From the NCBI RefSeq assembly GCF_000143415.4, contig NW_003314314.1, positions 132,318 to 196,317 on the forward strand: a DNA stretch of 64,000 nt, in the 5' to 3' direction. Shown piece after piece: positions 28,225 through 41,947 of the stretch. The stretch comes from Selaginella moellendorffii. Lineage: Eukaryota; Plantae; Lycopodiophyta. The stretch's first letter is position 1. Each line of letters starts with the position of its first letter. Below the pieces are notes generated by a model. It was not told the DNA's origin. It saw only the letters and a list, made by a program, of their open reading frames with translations, and made no database searches. Both the position numbers and the translations under genes were made by a program.

Positions 28225-28865
28225 GGTTATCAAATATTAATCCCAGGTCCTAGCAACTCATAGCAATCGTAAAAGTAAACTCAACTCTACTGGCAATGTT
28301 AGATCATGACCATATATAACACTTTATATGGTAAAACACCCTATACCCCTATGATATACATATATTGAAGACATGAAAAATAACAATCCTAATTTCAATA
28401 TTAAAAATTCTTATACATTGTGATCATCCTTTTAAGAATGGTCATCAAATATTAATCCCAGGTCCTAGCAACTCATAGCAATCGTAAAAATAAACTCAAC
28501 TCTATTGGAAATATTAAATCATAACTATATATAATACTTTATATGGTAAAACACATTATACCCCTATGATATACACATATTGAAGATATGAAAAATAACA
28601 ATCCTAATCTCAATATTAAAAATTCTTATACATTGTGATCATCCTTTTAAGAATGGTCATCAAATATTAATCCCAGGTCCTAGCAACTTATAGCAATTGT
28701 AAAAGTAAACTCAACTCTATTGGCAATATTAGATCATGACCATATATAATACTTTATATGGTAAAACACCCTATACCCCTATGATATACACATATTGAAG
28801 ATATGAAAAATAACAATCCTAATCTCAATATTAAAAATTCTTATACATTGTGATCATCCTTTTGA
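28225..28865. repeat. Tandem array, 3 x 215-bp unit; about one unit plus flank also at 6931-7545
   Basis: Unit starts ggt(c/t)atcaaatattaatcccagg at 28225, 28440 and 28655. Confidence 0.92.
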
Positions 28866-29239
28866 AGGTCTAATGAGCTATTTCACCAAATCATTCATTT
28901 GTGGATGATAAACACTTGTGAAAGTGTGATATATCCTTAGTTAAGATGTTAAAATATAAAATGCCTCATCCATAAATGTAGAACTATTGTCTAAGAAAAT
29001 CAGCTCTAGATGAGATTGCTAAAACACCACTCAATTAAGGAGAAAGCATTTAATACCAATCATAGATGTACTAACATTAGCACCAACTTCCACCCACCAA
29101 GTAAAGTAGTAAAAAGCAATAATAACACACTCATTGCTAGTAATTGACTATGAAAAATGCCCCATCAAATAAAATGCCACCAATTCAATATCAAACTACA
29201 ATTAACTCTAATTATCTTACAACAATAAAGATAGTCAAT

Positions 29240-30120
29240 TACAACAAAAAAGATTTCATGATAGTCTTTCGGGTGTGCGAGATCATATATATCATCATAT
29301 TTCAAAAGGACAGTGATACATCATTGTGGCGACGAACTATTTCACAAAATGGGTTGAGGCTACCCCTCTGCAACAGGCAGATCAACAGTCTATAGCAAAG
29401 TTTGTCTACAAGTATATTATTTGTCGATTCGGAGTTCCTGCCGTTTTGATTTCCGATCGTGGCAGCAGCTTCCTTGGACAAGTGATGCAGCATCTTCTCC
29501 AATGGCTGCAGGTCAAGCACGTGAAGAGCAATAGCTATTATCCTGAGTGCAATGGCCAGGTGGAGTCCAACAACAAGATATTGAAGACACTCATTTCAAA
29601 GCTTGTGGAGGATCACCCAAGGCATTGGCACGAGCACTTGGTCACGGTGTTGTGGGCCTTTCGGACATCCTTCAAGACATCTATCTCTGCAACCCCATTC
29701 TCCCTTGTCTATGGGACAGAGGCCATGCTTCTAGTGGAGATCCAACTGCCATCACTCTCACTTTCACTTTGATACACAGCAACGATGCAGCTTAGCAATG
29801 AGGACAAGCTTCATGCACGTGACTTAGAGGTTCTTGTCTTGGAAGAACAACAATGATCCATGACTAAACATCTCCTTTGAGGTAAGCAAAAGATGAAGTC
29901 CGTCATTGATCACCAATGGTTTGCTGAACCATTCGAGGATGGTGATCTTGTTCTACTCAAGGAGTTTATGCCACCTTCGAAGTTCTCCCCTTGCTAAACC
30001 AGCCCCTACTTTGTCCAGCGACACATTAGAGGTGGAGCATATATGCTAGTCAATGCTAATGGACGTGAGCTCCTACATGCTCACGACCACTCTCACCTCA
30101 AATGCTTCATCTAGTGAGGT
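29240..30120 (+). pseudogene. Ty3/gypsy (non-chromovirus, Tat/Athila-like) integrase fragment
   Basis: YFTKWVEA, IICRFGVP..LISDRGSSF, YYPECNGQVESNNK, LWAFRT, TPFSLVYG; decayed GPY/F region downstream; purine-rich tract at ~30197. Confidence 0.9.
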
Positions 30121-30677
30121 CTTCCTCTTCTCTTCTTTTTCCTTTTCTTTTTCTTCCTTTCTTTCACTTTACTTTCATGGCTCTTTTTTTTACTTTCAGG
30201 GGGTGTGTCTCCATTGGACCATGGGCCATGCCTTGGATTTCATGGTCAAGCTGCATTGCCGTTTGTATAGAGGTTCCTCGCTTGGCTTGGTCTATGTTCC
30301 AGGTTCTTTTGCCTTCCCCTTACCATTACCACACCCATTCCATATCATCCACACTCACAGTTTCATCACCAATCACTTCTAGCAGCGTTGCCAGCACTTA
30401 TCTTTGGATGCTCGTCTTGCATCTTTCATTCTTTCACCATCATTCACATCTCTATTTGAGGTCATATTTACACCATACCACAGACACACATATGTGCACC
30501 AAAAGCAAAAGACACTACCTCATTTGGACGTGCCATTTCTGAGATATCCTTGCAACCATTTGCCGACGATGCACTAGCTTTTCTAGAGCGACTTTCTTCC
30601 AACCGGGTGAACCTATTCGCTCAAGGTACCTAGGTGGATCTTTAAACAAGGCAACAGAAGCCAAAGCCACTGTCTTC

Positions 30678-31338
30678 TGTAGCATACCTTATCTCTCTCC
30701 CCTTAAGCCAACTGGAAAAGGGGCAATTGCTTGATGAGAGAGCCTTTAGTGGCTATTTTATCCCCATTTATTTCCTAAAGTTCTAAGGATCCACGGTGAC
30801 AATATATCCAAATCTTATCCCATGATCACATGCACTACACTCACCCCCCCCTTCAGAGATGTCAATGTCCTCATTGACTATTGACTAGCAACCCCTATTG
30901 AGCACCTCCATTTCCGCACTCAATCTACCAATCCTTCCATTGTGTAGATCAGCTATTCCATGTGAGGCAACTAGTCATCTACCCGTACTGCAGTCCTACG
31001 GTGAATACCTTCGTCCGTGGATACTCCACACAAGAGGAAGGACGTACGCATGGATGCCCAATACGTACGATTTCAAATTTAGGGGTAGGAATATACCTTG
31101 CTCAAGGGTATATTATACTTTTAAGTAGCTATTAATCAATGGGAATCGAACCCGTGTCATTTGCTCCAATATCAACTGTAGCACACCTTATCTCTCTCCC
31201 CTTAAGCCAACTGGAAAAGGGGCAATTGTTTGATGAGAGAGCCCTTAATGGCTATTTTATCCCCATTTATTCCCTAAGGTTCCAAGGATCCATGGTGACA
31301 ATATATCCAAATCTCATCCCATGATCACATGCACTACA
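30678..31338 (-). mobile_element. TRIM, best-preserved copy (162-bp LTRs 30678-30839 and 31177-31338)
   Basis: TGTAG...CTACA LTR pair; PPT complement ctcaccccccccttc next to one LTR and a degenerate PBS next to the other. No matching TSD. Confidence 0.9.
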
Positions 31339-33152
31339 CTAGCACTCAGTGGACATATGCCACCTCTCTTTACTGGCAGCCCAGTGACTATGCCGTTCTT
31401 TCCAGTTGTTGTCTTCTTTAGTCCGACACATCAGACCATTGGCCTAACACTTTAAGCAATGGCCACCTTCTCAGAGTGCCACCACCATCTCAGTGCTCCA
31501 CCATATCAGTGCTGGAGCAGGCGCAGCAGTAAGAGCGAGGACAAGTGGTTATTGGTTACAGGTCCTTAGTTACTGGTTACCGGTTACTGGCTACTCCTAT
31601 ATGTCTCCTTCCATTTTCACCCTTATTACTTTTATTTTAAAGATGGCCACCTTCTTAGAGTGCCACCACCATCTCGGCGCTCCACCATATCACTCCACCA
31701 TATCGATGCTAAAGCAGGTGTAGGAGTAGGAGTGAGAGCAGGTGTAGGAGTAGGAGTGAGAGCAGGTGTTTACCGGTTACAGGTTATAAGTTCCTAGTAC
31801 TGGTTACTAGTTACTGGTTACCGGCTACCGGCTACTTTGAGAGGTCAATGCTTACTCTACGGGCTAATGGTTATAGATGGCCACCTTCTCAGAGGGCCAC
31901 CACCATCTTGGCGCTCCACTATATCACTCCATTTTTCATCATTTCCACACTTACCACCCTTGGGCAACACATCCCCTCTTTTACATCTCTTTCTTTCTCG
32001 AATTCGGCCAATCCTTGGAGCATACCTAAAGTCATCACGAGGCTACATTTGTATATTACACTTTCCTGAGCCAAAATTTAGGTAGAGATTAAGTTTTTTG
32101 TGTACTCATTCTTTTCCCTCTATTTTTCTCCTCGTTTTCCACTTTTTCTACACTTTTTCTTCAACTTCAGGGTCCAGTTTGACTACAAGGTTTCCCACCA
32201 AGTTTTCCTCCTTATCTCCAAACTTCACACCTACCTCTTTTATTTCTTTTCCACTTTGTTTTCTAGAGTTTCTACTATTTCATGCAACTACCAACACTTG
32301 ACATCAATAGTAGAGGTACACTCTACACTCTCTGGTGGGTTCTCACGCGTCTGGAGCCAGCGCAATCCACTGTGGTTGCATGTTAGAGTGTGGCCACCAA
32401 GAGAGTGAGAGAGAGAGGGAATATTCTGGTCCTTAGAATATTATATATCTTCCTTGTATAAAACCCTTGCCCCACAAGGGCAAAGGGGGGCATTTTTGTG
32501 AAGAGTATTGAAGCATTTCTCATGTTTGAGTGAGTGTTGGGGGAGGTGTCCCTCCTTCCCCCAACAGAACTTAGTGGTTGGGCCTATGGGCCTTGACCCA
32601 ATGGTAGTGTTAGCGAACACAACTATGGACAAAAATGGATTTGGTGGGGACTAAGGATGCGGTCATGCAGCAAGGAAGTCCTAGAGGTTAGTGGGACATA
32701 ATAGTTAGGCCTATGGGCCTTGATCCAATGGCAGTGTTAGCGAACACGGCTATGGATGGAAAAGGACTTGATGGGGAATGAAAAAGGAATATTGGGGAAG
32801 GTTGTTCCCCATGTTTGCAGGCATCCTAAGGAAGCTAAAGAATGCAACTAGGATGATCACTTAGGGATAGATAACCTAGTCTTTGAGAGACGGGACTATG
32901 ATGCAAGTAGTGTTGGACCACCAATATGACAAAGGTGAGTAAGCATGGCTTTAGTGTAATGGGCTGATATGTCGGTGGTACCTTTAGGTGTTAGTCATGG
33001 GATCAAACACATGTAGCATTTGAACCAAGTGCAAAGGTAAAGTGTATGGATGTCATTCTCAGGGCTAGCAAGTCCCTAAGTCCAGAATAGGGCTTATGGA
33101 GGTTGTGAGTAAAACTACTCCAAGTGGTCGGAGATGTGGTTAAGTGACTAAA

Positions 33153-36152
33153 TTAGAATGGAAAATTTAGTTGCTCACAATAAATCCTAGTGAGGGCATC
33201 ATCCACAAGCTTATCTATAGTTTTATACCTTATGATATAGATAATATTTATGCTTATATCTTCATAGTACTTGCTTAAACAGTTTAAATTTACTATTGCA
33301 ATATTGTCCCTACTTAAAGTGTGCATTTCAGCAATTTCTGAAGCTAATATCTTAAATGGACCATTCCATTTTCTCTTGAATTTATGTCCAAGATCATCTA
33401 TTTTGCCTTGATACCAAAGGATCTTATCTCTTAGTTTAAGCTTGTAAAAGATTTTCAATTGTTTGTCATGCATAGCCTTTTTGGCTTTTGGAATTGCATG
33501 TAAGGTCTAGATTGCTCTAAGTTTAAGCTTGTTTAAGAGCTCATTTAAGTTTTCTATTTTAGCAAATCTTCATTTAAGAGCTGCTTTTTAGTCAAAGCCA
33601 TTTTTAATTGCAATATGCAAAGAGGGAATTATAAATTCCATAGGCATTAAAACTTCTTGGTCATAAGTAACACAAAATGGTGTCATGCCTGTGGAGGCTT
33701 TATATGCAATTTTATAAGCCCCCACAAAGCATCTAGAATTTTCTCATCCCAATCTTTTTTATTGTCTTTTACAATTTTTTTCAAGATACGTTTAGGAACT
33801 TTGTTAGTAGATTCAACCAGTAGTATTACCAGTTGAGGCTTGTTTCATTGGCATAACTTCTGCCCATTTAGTTATATAATAAGTGGTGACTAAAATGTAT
33901 TTATTCCTTTTATTTCTTGTCAACAAAATCCAATCCCTATTTATGAAATACTTCATATGGATAAGTAGGATTTTTTTGTGGATTTGCTTTTTAGGAGGTA
34001 GTTTATGCCTTTGGCAAATATCACAATTTTTGCAAAAAATTGCTATATCTTTCTAAAGTATAGGCCACCACAACCTTGCTTATAAAATTTTTCTAATAGT
34101 GATTTCGTTTACAATATAACCTTCTTATGGGTCTGAGTGAGTTTCCCTTAGGATTTCATTTTTTTCTTTTTGCCTATTAACACATCTCTTTAGTGTTCCA
34201 TCGATGTTTAATTTATATAAGTGTTCCCCCTCAATAAAATAACATCATGTCCTCAAGATAAAAAAACTTCTTTTTATCTGGTAAATTATAGTAAGATGGA
34301 ACGGTGCCTGTAGAAAAATAGATTTGTATATCTTCTAACAACTCTCCTATAGTGATGTAGCTAGGAAATTGTCTTGCTCATAAAATTTTCCAGGCCTATG
34401 TACTATTTTAAGATTATATTCTTGTAATAGTAAAAACCATTTAGTTAGTCGAGCAGATATACGGTTTGTTGATGAAATATAAAATAGCATTATAGTCATA
34501 AAAAATAATTACTTTTATTGATAAAAGATAATATCTAAATTTTTGTAAAGTGTGAACTACACTTAAGGCTTATTTTTTAGCACTTGTAACAATATCAAAA
34601 GTATCCACTTGTCCTTTGTCCAGTCGAGCTTAACAAGTATAGATGTATCTTTGAGGCTACTTCCACTTGGTTATAGCCAAAGAATCCATCTAAAAATTAA
34701 TACATTTCATGACCTACTGCCAAATTTAGAATTTCATCTGTGAAAGGAATAGGGAACATATCATTTTTTGTTGCATCATTTAGCTTTTTATAATTCATAC
34801 AAACTCATAACTTGCCATTTTTCTTATGCACAATTATAAATGGTGAAAGCTATTGAGCATTCTGAATTGAATAGATAAATCCTATCTGGAGAAGTTTATT
34901 GATTTCCTCCCTAGCTTTACTTTGGTAATTAAAATTCATATTGTAAGGCATTTACCTTTTAAACATATTTTATAAAAATATCTCAATATGATATGTATAG
35001 TGTTTTAGCAGGATGCCTTTTAAATCTATGTAAGACTAGGCAAAAATGTCCTTGTAGTCTTTTAATAGATTTAATTCCTTGAACAATTGCGACAATATAT
35101 AAATTATTTTTATATATTAAATTGATTTGCTTAAATGGTTGATCATAAGAAACATGTAAAAAATAGTTTCTTTATTGATCAATTTTATAGGCAAAATCCT
35201 CCTTTAGGAAGAAATCTTTTATTACCATACCAACCTTTGGTTTAGGGGCTTCTTGTCTAGATACTTCTTTGAGCATTGTATAAAGATCAATTTTTGAAAT
35301 TAACTCAATTTTAAAGAAAGCCTCTAAGATTTGTTGTTGTTAGAAATCATCTAAGTTTTCCTCCCAATTATTCGATTGAGTTTTAAGGGGTTGATCTTTC
35401 CTTTCCAATTGTATAATGAAAGTAATGGGCATAAATTTTTTTTAGTTGCTCTTCTCTATACATAATAAACCATTTTTTTAATATTGGTTTATACAAGTAA
35501 TTTTTAGCTAAGGTCTGCATAGTAGAGTTTTGTAAATAGAATCTTGTTGTATCATTGTAAGTATGATATAATTGAGTTTGTACTTTAAGCTCGCCACATT
35601 GGTTAAGACATTTCTAATAATTTTAATGGGTCTGACACTTTAGTCATTAGCCATTCGTATATTAAATGGGGCTGATTGAATTGGGCCTAGGCCTAATTCT
35701 TTGCAAATACTCTCTTCTAGAATATTTACATTTAAATTACTATTAATAAGAGTTCTAGCTAATAGATTTTTATCAATCTTTATATCAATTGTAGGAACTT
35801 CATCATTACAATCCCGTGGCTCAATTACAATGGCCATAAATGAGATTAAAATTTCTTCCTTTTCAAGTAAAATCTCTTTAAGTAATGTAATTCTAAGACA
35901 AGGTGCTATAGTGAAAAGTTGGTCTAAAGTGAGTGTAATTCTAACATTTAAAATGCTTCTCACTACGTTCTTCTCATTTTTAACATCTAGCTTTAGTATA
36001 GGATTTTCCTTTTTTGCTAGTGGTAAATTCATGTCAGTATATAAAAGTGTGAAACTCTTTATGTTAAAACACCATTCTCTTAATTGATTTGTAGTTGTAA
36101 TTGTTGGAGTTGTTAAGTGATTTTTGCATTGATCTTTTTCTTTTGGCGCCAT
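33153..36152 (-). pseudogene. Heavily decayed gypsy gag-pol (protease, RT, RNaseH, integrase)
   Basis: LINSNLNVNIL (protease remnant), VCMNYKKLNDATKNDMFPIP (RT), ITKWAE (integrase), KRKWNGPFKI (GPY/F). Many stops. Confidence 0.85.
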
Positions 36153-36763
36153 TGAGAGTTAAGGATGATTTCTACTTCATTTTGGCTTTCAGATTCAGCC
36201 CTTCTTCATTAAGTTTTGGTCATGATGCAAATGCTAGGTAGCTTTTCTATATTTGACCACTCTACCTTAACGTGTCTAAATGTAAGTTGCATATCCTGAG
36301 GGTGGACCATACTTGAGTTTACGAGTTGAAGAGTTGAGCTCATGAGTTGAGCTCAAGTTTCAATTGTAGTTTATTACAAACATTAAAAATTTTAAAATAT
36401 TAAGGTTATGGCAAACTTAATAATTTTATAACTCTTTACATATTATATAGATAAAAATGTTCTAAAGGATACTTCTTGTTTTAACAATTTAAATATTTAC
36501 TACATGGATGTTTGCTAGAATATAAAATAAAATGTTTGCAGAAAAAGTATTCTTATCACTCCCTTAAATCTATACTTTATGCTTTTTGGCTAGTAAATGT
36601 CAGGTTTGTCAGAATAAAAAATTATTAAATTTAAAATAAGATTCTATATAAAGCCATATAACTGTTTGAAAAGAAAAATAAATAACCATTGATGTAAACT
36701 TATTGCATATAAAAGAAAGACTTAGTTCTTTTTAGAATACATTCTTAAGGAGTTTGTCATAGC

Positions 36764-39700
36764 TGTCACGAATGTGATTTCGGGTGTCGAAAGTTACCTG
36801 TTAGCTAGTCCTTTTGGATATTCCTTCCTTACTACCATAATGGCAAGAGGTCGGTATTGCTAGACCCTTTATCAATCCCTCTTATGCTGGTGAAGTTAAT
36901 TGGGCATTTCGAGTGTACTTAGAATAGATGAGCATAAGTCCAATGACCACCGCAAAAACACTGCAAAGCGTAAAACCAACGTTAGACTTTAGTTCATGTG
37001 CAAGATGTAACATACTTTGGATAAGGAGGAAATCGAAAGACATCACCATGTATATATTTCCATCCAATGAAATTCCTATGTACTATTAGCTAAGCATACT
37101 TAGCCTAGTAAGGAGTTCCTGTCTCGTTATGTGTTGCATTGGTTAGTGACAAGAACCCTTATATATTCAAATGAGTCCCACAATATCGCTATAGGATAGC
37201 TTATTATGTCTACCAAACACCTTTGTTATCATACCCTTTTTGTTAGTCTCATTCCGGTCCCAAATGCTATTTATAGAAAGTGTCTAGATTTGCTCATTTG
37301 GCATATCTACGAAATATGTAGATTGTCCTGAACACAATGATGTTCATCTCGTGTCCAAATTTGCAATCTAAAGACATTCTATATTTAGTAAGTTTTAAGC
37401 TTGTCCTAAATATTAATTCATGGTACTAAGGGTGGCTAAGGGTGAAAGCTTAAAGCACGTGTTTCTCAGAAGGGAGGGTTATAGGGAGTTCCAAATATAT
37501 AATAGGGATAGTGGGTAGATAGGTCGAGCATGACCAACCAATGTAAGATATAGTCTAACTTCCACTTACATGCCTATCCTTGTTCTATGTTTAGCTTGGG
37601 CCTAAGCCCAGGTTCCATACTATGCTAGTTGGTGAAATACCTATATCCTTGCATTATGTTGCCAGTATGCTGAAATAGTGTCAGACTTCGTTTGGCTCTG
37701 TTCTACGTGTTGGTTTTAACATTGGGATATTGGATACTCTAGAATTATTCCAAGTCACTCCGTGCTCTTATCCCTTCGCTCTTTAAGCTATACACTCAAG
37801 AGTCACTCCATACTCTGATTCCTTTGCTTCTTGGCTTCATACTTGGAAGTTTGGCTCTGTTCCTTCATTCAATGACCCAAAGCCCTGAAACTCAAGTTCT
37901 ACACCATTGTCATTTGGATATGTGGTATGTGGCATGTGATATATAGTATATAGAGAGTTTAGGTTCCATTTCATGGTTATCCTATGGTAAACCACCATAG
38001 GAGGGCAAAAACCACATGCGCTCATTTGGTATCAGAGGATACATCTCATCGAATACTATCCAATGAGATTGGGCAACTAATTTCATTGCATATGCAGAGA
38101 TGAAAATGATGATTCAAGTGGGTACATATTTGGGTTCTAAAACTTCATATAGATTCCTTGAGTATGGATTTAGTTACCTTTTTGTTCCATATTATGTGAG
38201 CTTGCTCGTAGGCTTATAGTGTAGCTCATGTGATCATGGGATGAGATTTAGATATACTGTCATTGTGGATTCTTGAAATCTTTAGGGATAAATGGGAATA
38301 AAATAGCCACTAAGGGGTCTTTTATTAAGCAATTGCCCCTTTTTTAGTTGGCTTAAGGAGAGAGAGATATAGTGTGCTACACGTGGTATCAGAGGAAATG
38401 GCACGAGTTCAATTCCCATTGATTAGTGACTACTTAAAAATATAATATACCCTTGAGCAAGGTATATTCCTACCCCTAAATTTGAAATTGTATGTATTAG
38501 GTATCCATGCGTACGTTCTTCCTTTTGTGTGGAGTATCCACAGACGAAAGTATCCACCGTGGGACTGTAGTATGGGTGGATGACTAGTTGCCTCACATGG
38601 AATAGTTAGTTTACACAATGAAAAGATTGGTAAATTCAGTATGGAAATGGAAGTGTTGATTCTCCTTGGCTAAATAGGGGTTGTTAATCAGTAGTCAATG
38701 AGGACATTGACATCTTTGAAGGGGGGGTGAGTGTAGGGCATGTGATCATGGGATGAGATTTAAATATACTATCACTGTAAATCTTTGAAACATTAGGGGA
38801 TAAATGGGGATAAAATAGCCATTAAGGGCTCTTTCATCAAGCAATTGCCCCTTTTTCAATTGGGTTAAAGGAAGAAAAATAGAGTGTGCTACACATAAGA
38901 TGGAATAAGATGTTCCGTTTGTATGAGTTTGCACTTAAGCTCATGAATTAAGCATATTAGCAATTTAAGGTTACACTTTGACTTAGCAGGATTAATGTTA
39001 GCCTATCAGTGGTTCCATGAGCTGTTCCATGTATCATAGGTAAAAGTAAACCTCCCTTGGGTTTGCTATGAGTGGCAAAGAGGCAAGTTCGTAACTGTTT
39101 AGCACGGCACTAGTGGATCCTTCCTAAGCATGATTATATATGGATCAATCAAGATTGTAGGGATTAGTTTATTAGTTCAAGTAATCATTGCCGTGCTCTC
39201 TCATAAACTTTTCTTATATTGGACTGAAGGCAGTGTGAAAGCAAGCCTAAGGTTTAGTCAAAGATGAGATTGAAAAGGAAGTTGTTAGTGATGAAGGATC
39301 AAACATGTAAATCATCTTCTCTTCTTGGAGAGATGATTTGTAATAAAATGTTAACTCATTGCTCATATTCACATTATACAATCAAGAGTCCGTATCTTGA
39401 TATATGTTGGTTATGATGGTTTTAGAAGTGGTGAGTTATGGGATGGATAGTGGTAAAGTGCTAAACCATTTTATCTAGGTTTGCTATTGAAGACTTGAGT
39501 TACAATGCTTAATTCTTTTTTGGGAAACCTTACTATTGCTCCTTGAGTAACTTGGTGTAGGATTAATTTTGAGTTTGATCGGAAAGAGAGTGGCATGAGT
39601 TTGTCCATGTTGTTAACAAAAGTTAGTGGTATTGACTGTTGTAAATCTCTATTGGTGGAGTGTGGCATTTATATTGCATTTTATCAAATTGAGTTGGTGC

Positions 39701-41947
39701 TTGATAGTCACATAAACCTTTGAAGTAATGATATAGGTGTTACTTATGGTGTTGCTTAATTGATGATCAAGTCATTGTGATTTTTATATTATATCTATGT
39801 GATAGTGAGCAATGTGGTTGATGGTGAAGCTAATCTACTTACAAGTAGTAGTATTGTAATAACTTTGACTAGATTCTCAATAATGGTCCATTATGCTATG
39901 CTTAAGTTGGTACTTTGTCTCCTAGAAAGTTTGCCTATGAAGTGTTGGAAAGGATTATAGCATTCATTTGCTATGGCTTGTTGTTTTATCCATTAGCATT
40001 TGGAGTAAATTATTGGATGGAGAAAGTGTGTAATTGAGGTATTGACATCACTAATAGTTAGGTTAATGGAATTGTAGTTGAGTGATGAGGAATTTTCCTT
40101 AGAGTTCGATTTTCTATGTCATTTTTTTTGTTAATGTTTTGGCTTCATATTGGATCTTGAAGGTGATTGAAGAAAAGTGTTAGTGCAATGTGGATATTTG
40201 AAAATATGGTTTTCATGATTGAATCTTTGATATTCATTTTGCATTTTGCTGATATCAATGTTAAATGTTAGAAAAATGGGCAAAGATGTTCGATGCTTAA
40301 ACATATTGTTGGATGATGAGAATTTGTGTTGAGGTGAACCTATATGAAGTTGTTAATAGGATGAAGTTGATTGAGTCTTGAAAGTTTGTATTCTTAAACT
40401 GAGAGTCATTCTTTCTCTAGGATGGAAATTTTCTACAAATATTTTTAAACTTTTCCAATTGGCTGATTTGCTGATCACTTTGCTTAAAAATTATTCCATT
40501 TTTGTAAGCCAATACAAACTAGTGAAGGGGTTGGAATTGATTTTGATTGGCTTAAACCTTAGAAAGTAATTTATATGATGCAGCCTGAAAAGATATGCTA
40601 GCTTTTGGGGTTAAGGCAATTGAGTTGGATAGAGTCTGGAGTTCGTGTAGAAAAGTGGTCATTATGCTTTTCTAGAAAAGTGACCTTTATGCCTTTTTTT
40701 ATAGGGTTATGTTTGGTGGCAAGTTGCATCTTGCATTTCATTAAACTCTATGAGAGTAGTGAGTTCTCATTAATCCTAATTTAATCTTGGTAGCCTTGTG
40801 CCTTGGCTAAGAATAGTGATGTCTAACTTAATTGTTTGAAATTAAAATGTTAATACTTATATCTATAAGGAAGTTGTGTACTGATATGAGTCCATCTCAT
40901 GGTCTTCACTTTAGTTTCGACTAAGTGTTGATCATGTATAGCTAGCCTATTCAAGGCATGCTCAAAGTTAGTGACTAGATATGTTAGTGAGCTTATTATT
41001 GTATGATTTAGTTTATGCTTGTCCATGAACCTTTATCTCGTACCTAAATATTATGTTCATGTTTGGCAAGTATATAACTCAATGACATGAGTTTAGTGTT
41101 TGGGTTTTGTGAAGGCAAGTTGAAAAGTGATTGTTAGTTGCTTTGCAACTAGTGATTACTTGTAGACTTTGTCAAGGACCGTTAACACTTGCTTCCCTAG
41201 ATGAAGATTTATTAGTGATCGGCTTACTTTACTAAATGGTGTTGTGGAGGATCGACACTTCGTGTGCATGGTGAAATCTTTAGTCATGGGGTAGTTACTG
41301 TCGATTGGTCACATCACCCGCCTCTTTATTGATGTTCCTTATTCTATTCAAAAGGCGTGACTATATAAACAATTCTAATTGCCTACTTATAGTAGTCTAT
41401 CTAAACCTTACTAACAGGTTTAGTTTCTTTGCTCAAGAGAATTGGGGCCTTTGGCTTCTCTCTCTATATCCCTGTAGGTAGGGGTGTATCACACTTTTGT
41501 AAGTTGGGTGACATCCAGAGCAGCAAGAGTGGCTGACTCCATTGGTCATTTTTTTGTCGGCAATAGCTGGAAGGTGTCTGAGTTGGTAACGCATCCACAT
41601 TAGACAAAGACATTACCCTAACTCATCTAAGTTGGTGCATTTCTCACTGATCACAATGAACTTTTTCCTAAAGTTATTTCTTTGCCGGTGGTCTAGAATC
41701 GAGTATGCATCGATAAGGACGTTGATCTTCCCTAAGGGGGGAGAGTGTCGCGAATGTGCCTTCGAGCATCAAAAGTTACCATCGGCTAGTCCTTTCAGAT
41801 ATTCTTTTTTTACTACTACGACGGCAGGAGATCGGTATTATTGGACCATTTATCAGTCCTTTTTGTACTAGTGGAGTTAATTGGGCATTTCGAGTGTACT
41901 TAGACCAGACGAGTATAAGGATGGAATTCCTACGTGCTATTACCTAA
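36764..41947 (+). mobile_element. LTR family B element: 5' LTR 36764-38024, PBS-Met 38027-38037, degenerate interior, PPT 41734-41745, start of 3' LTR at 41746
   Basis: TGTCACGAATG start, CA-TT-TGGTATCAGAG, AAGGGGGGAGAG-TGTCGCG. Inserted after catagc in a repeat whose uninterrupted copy is at ~43240-43700. Interior 40460-41250 is also present at 25974-26740. Confidence 0.82.
38220..38893 (+). mobile_element. TRIM copy nested in LTR family B element
   Basis: LTR-TGGTATCAGAG (PBS-Met)...GAAGGGGGGGTGAG (PPT)-LTR. Confidence 0.9.
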
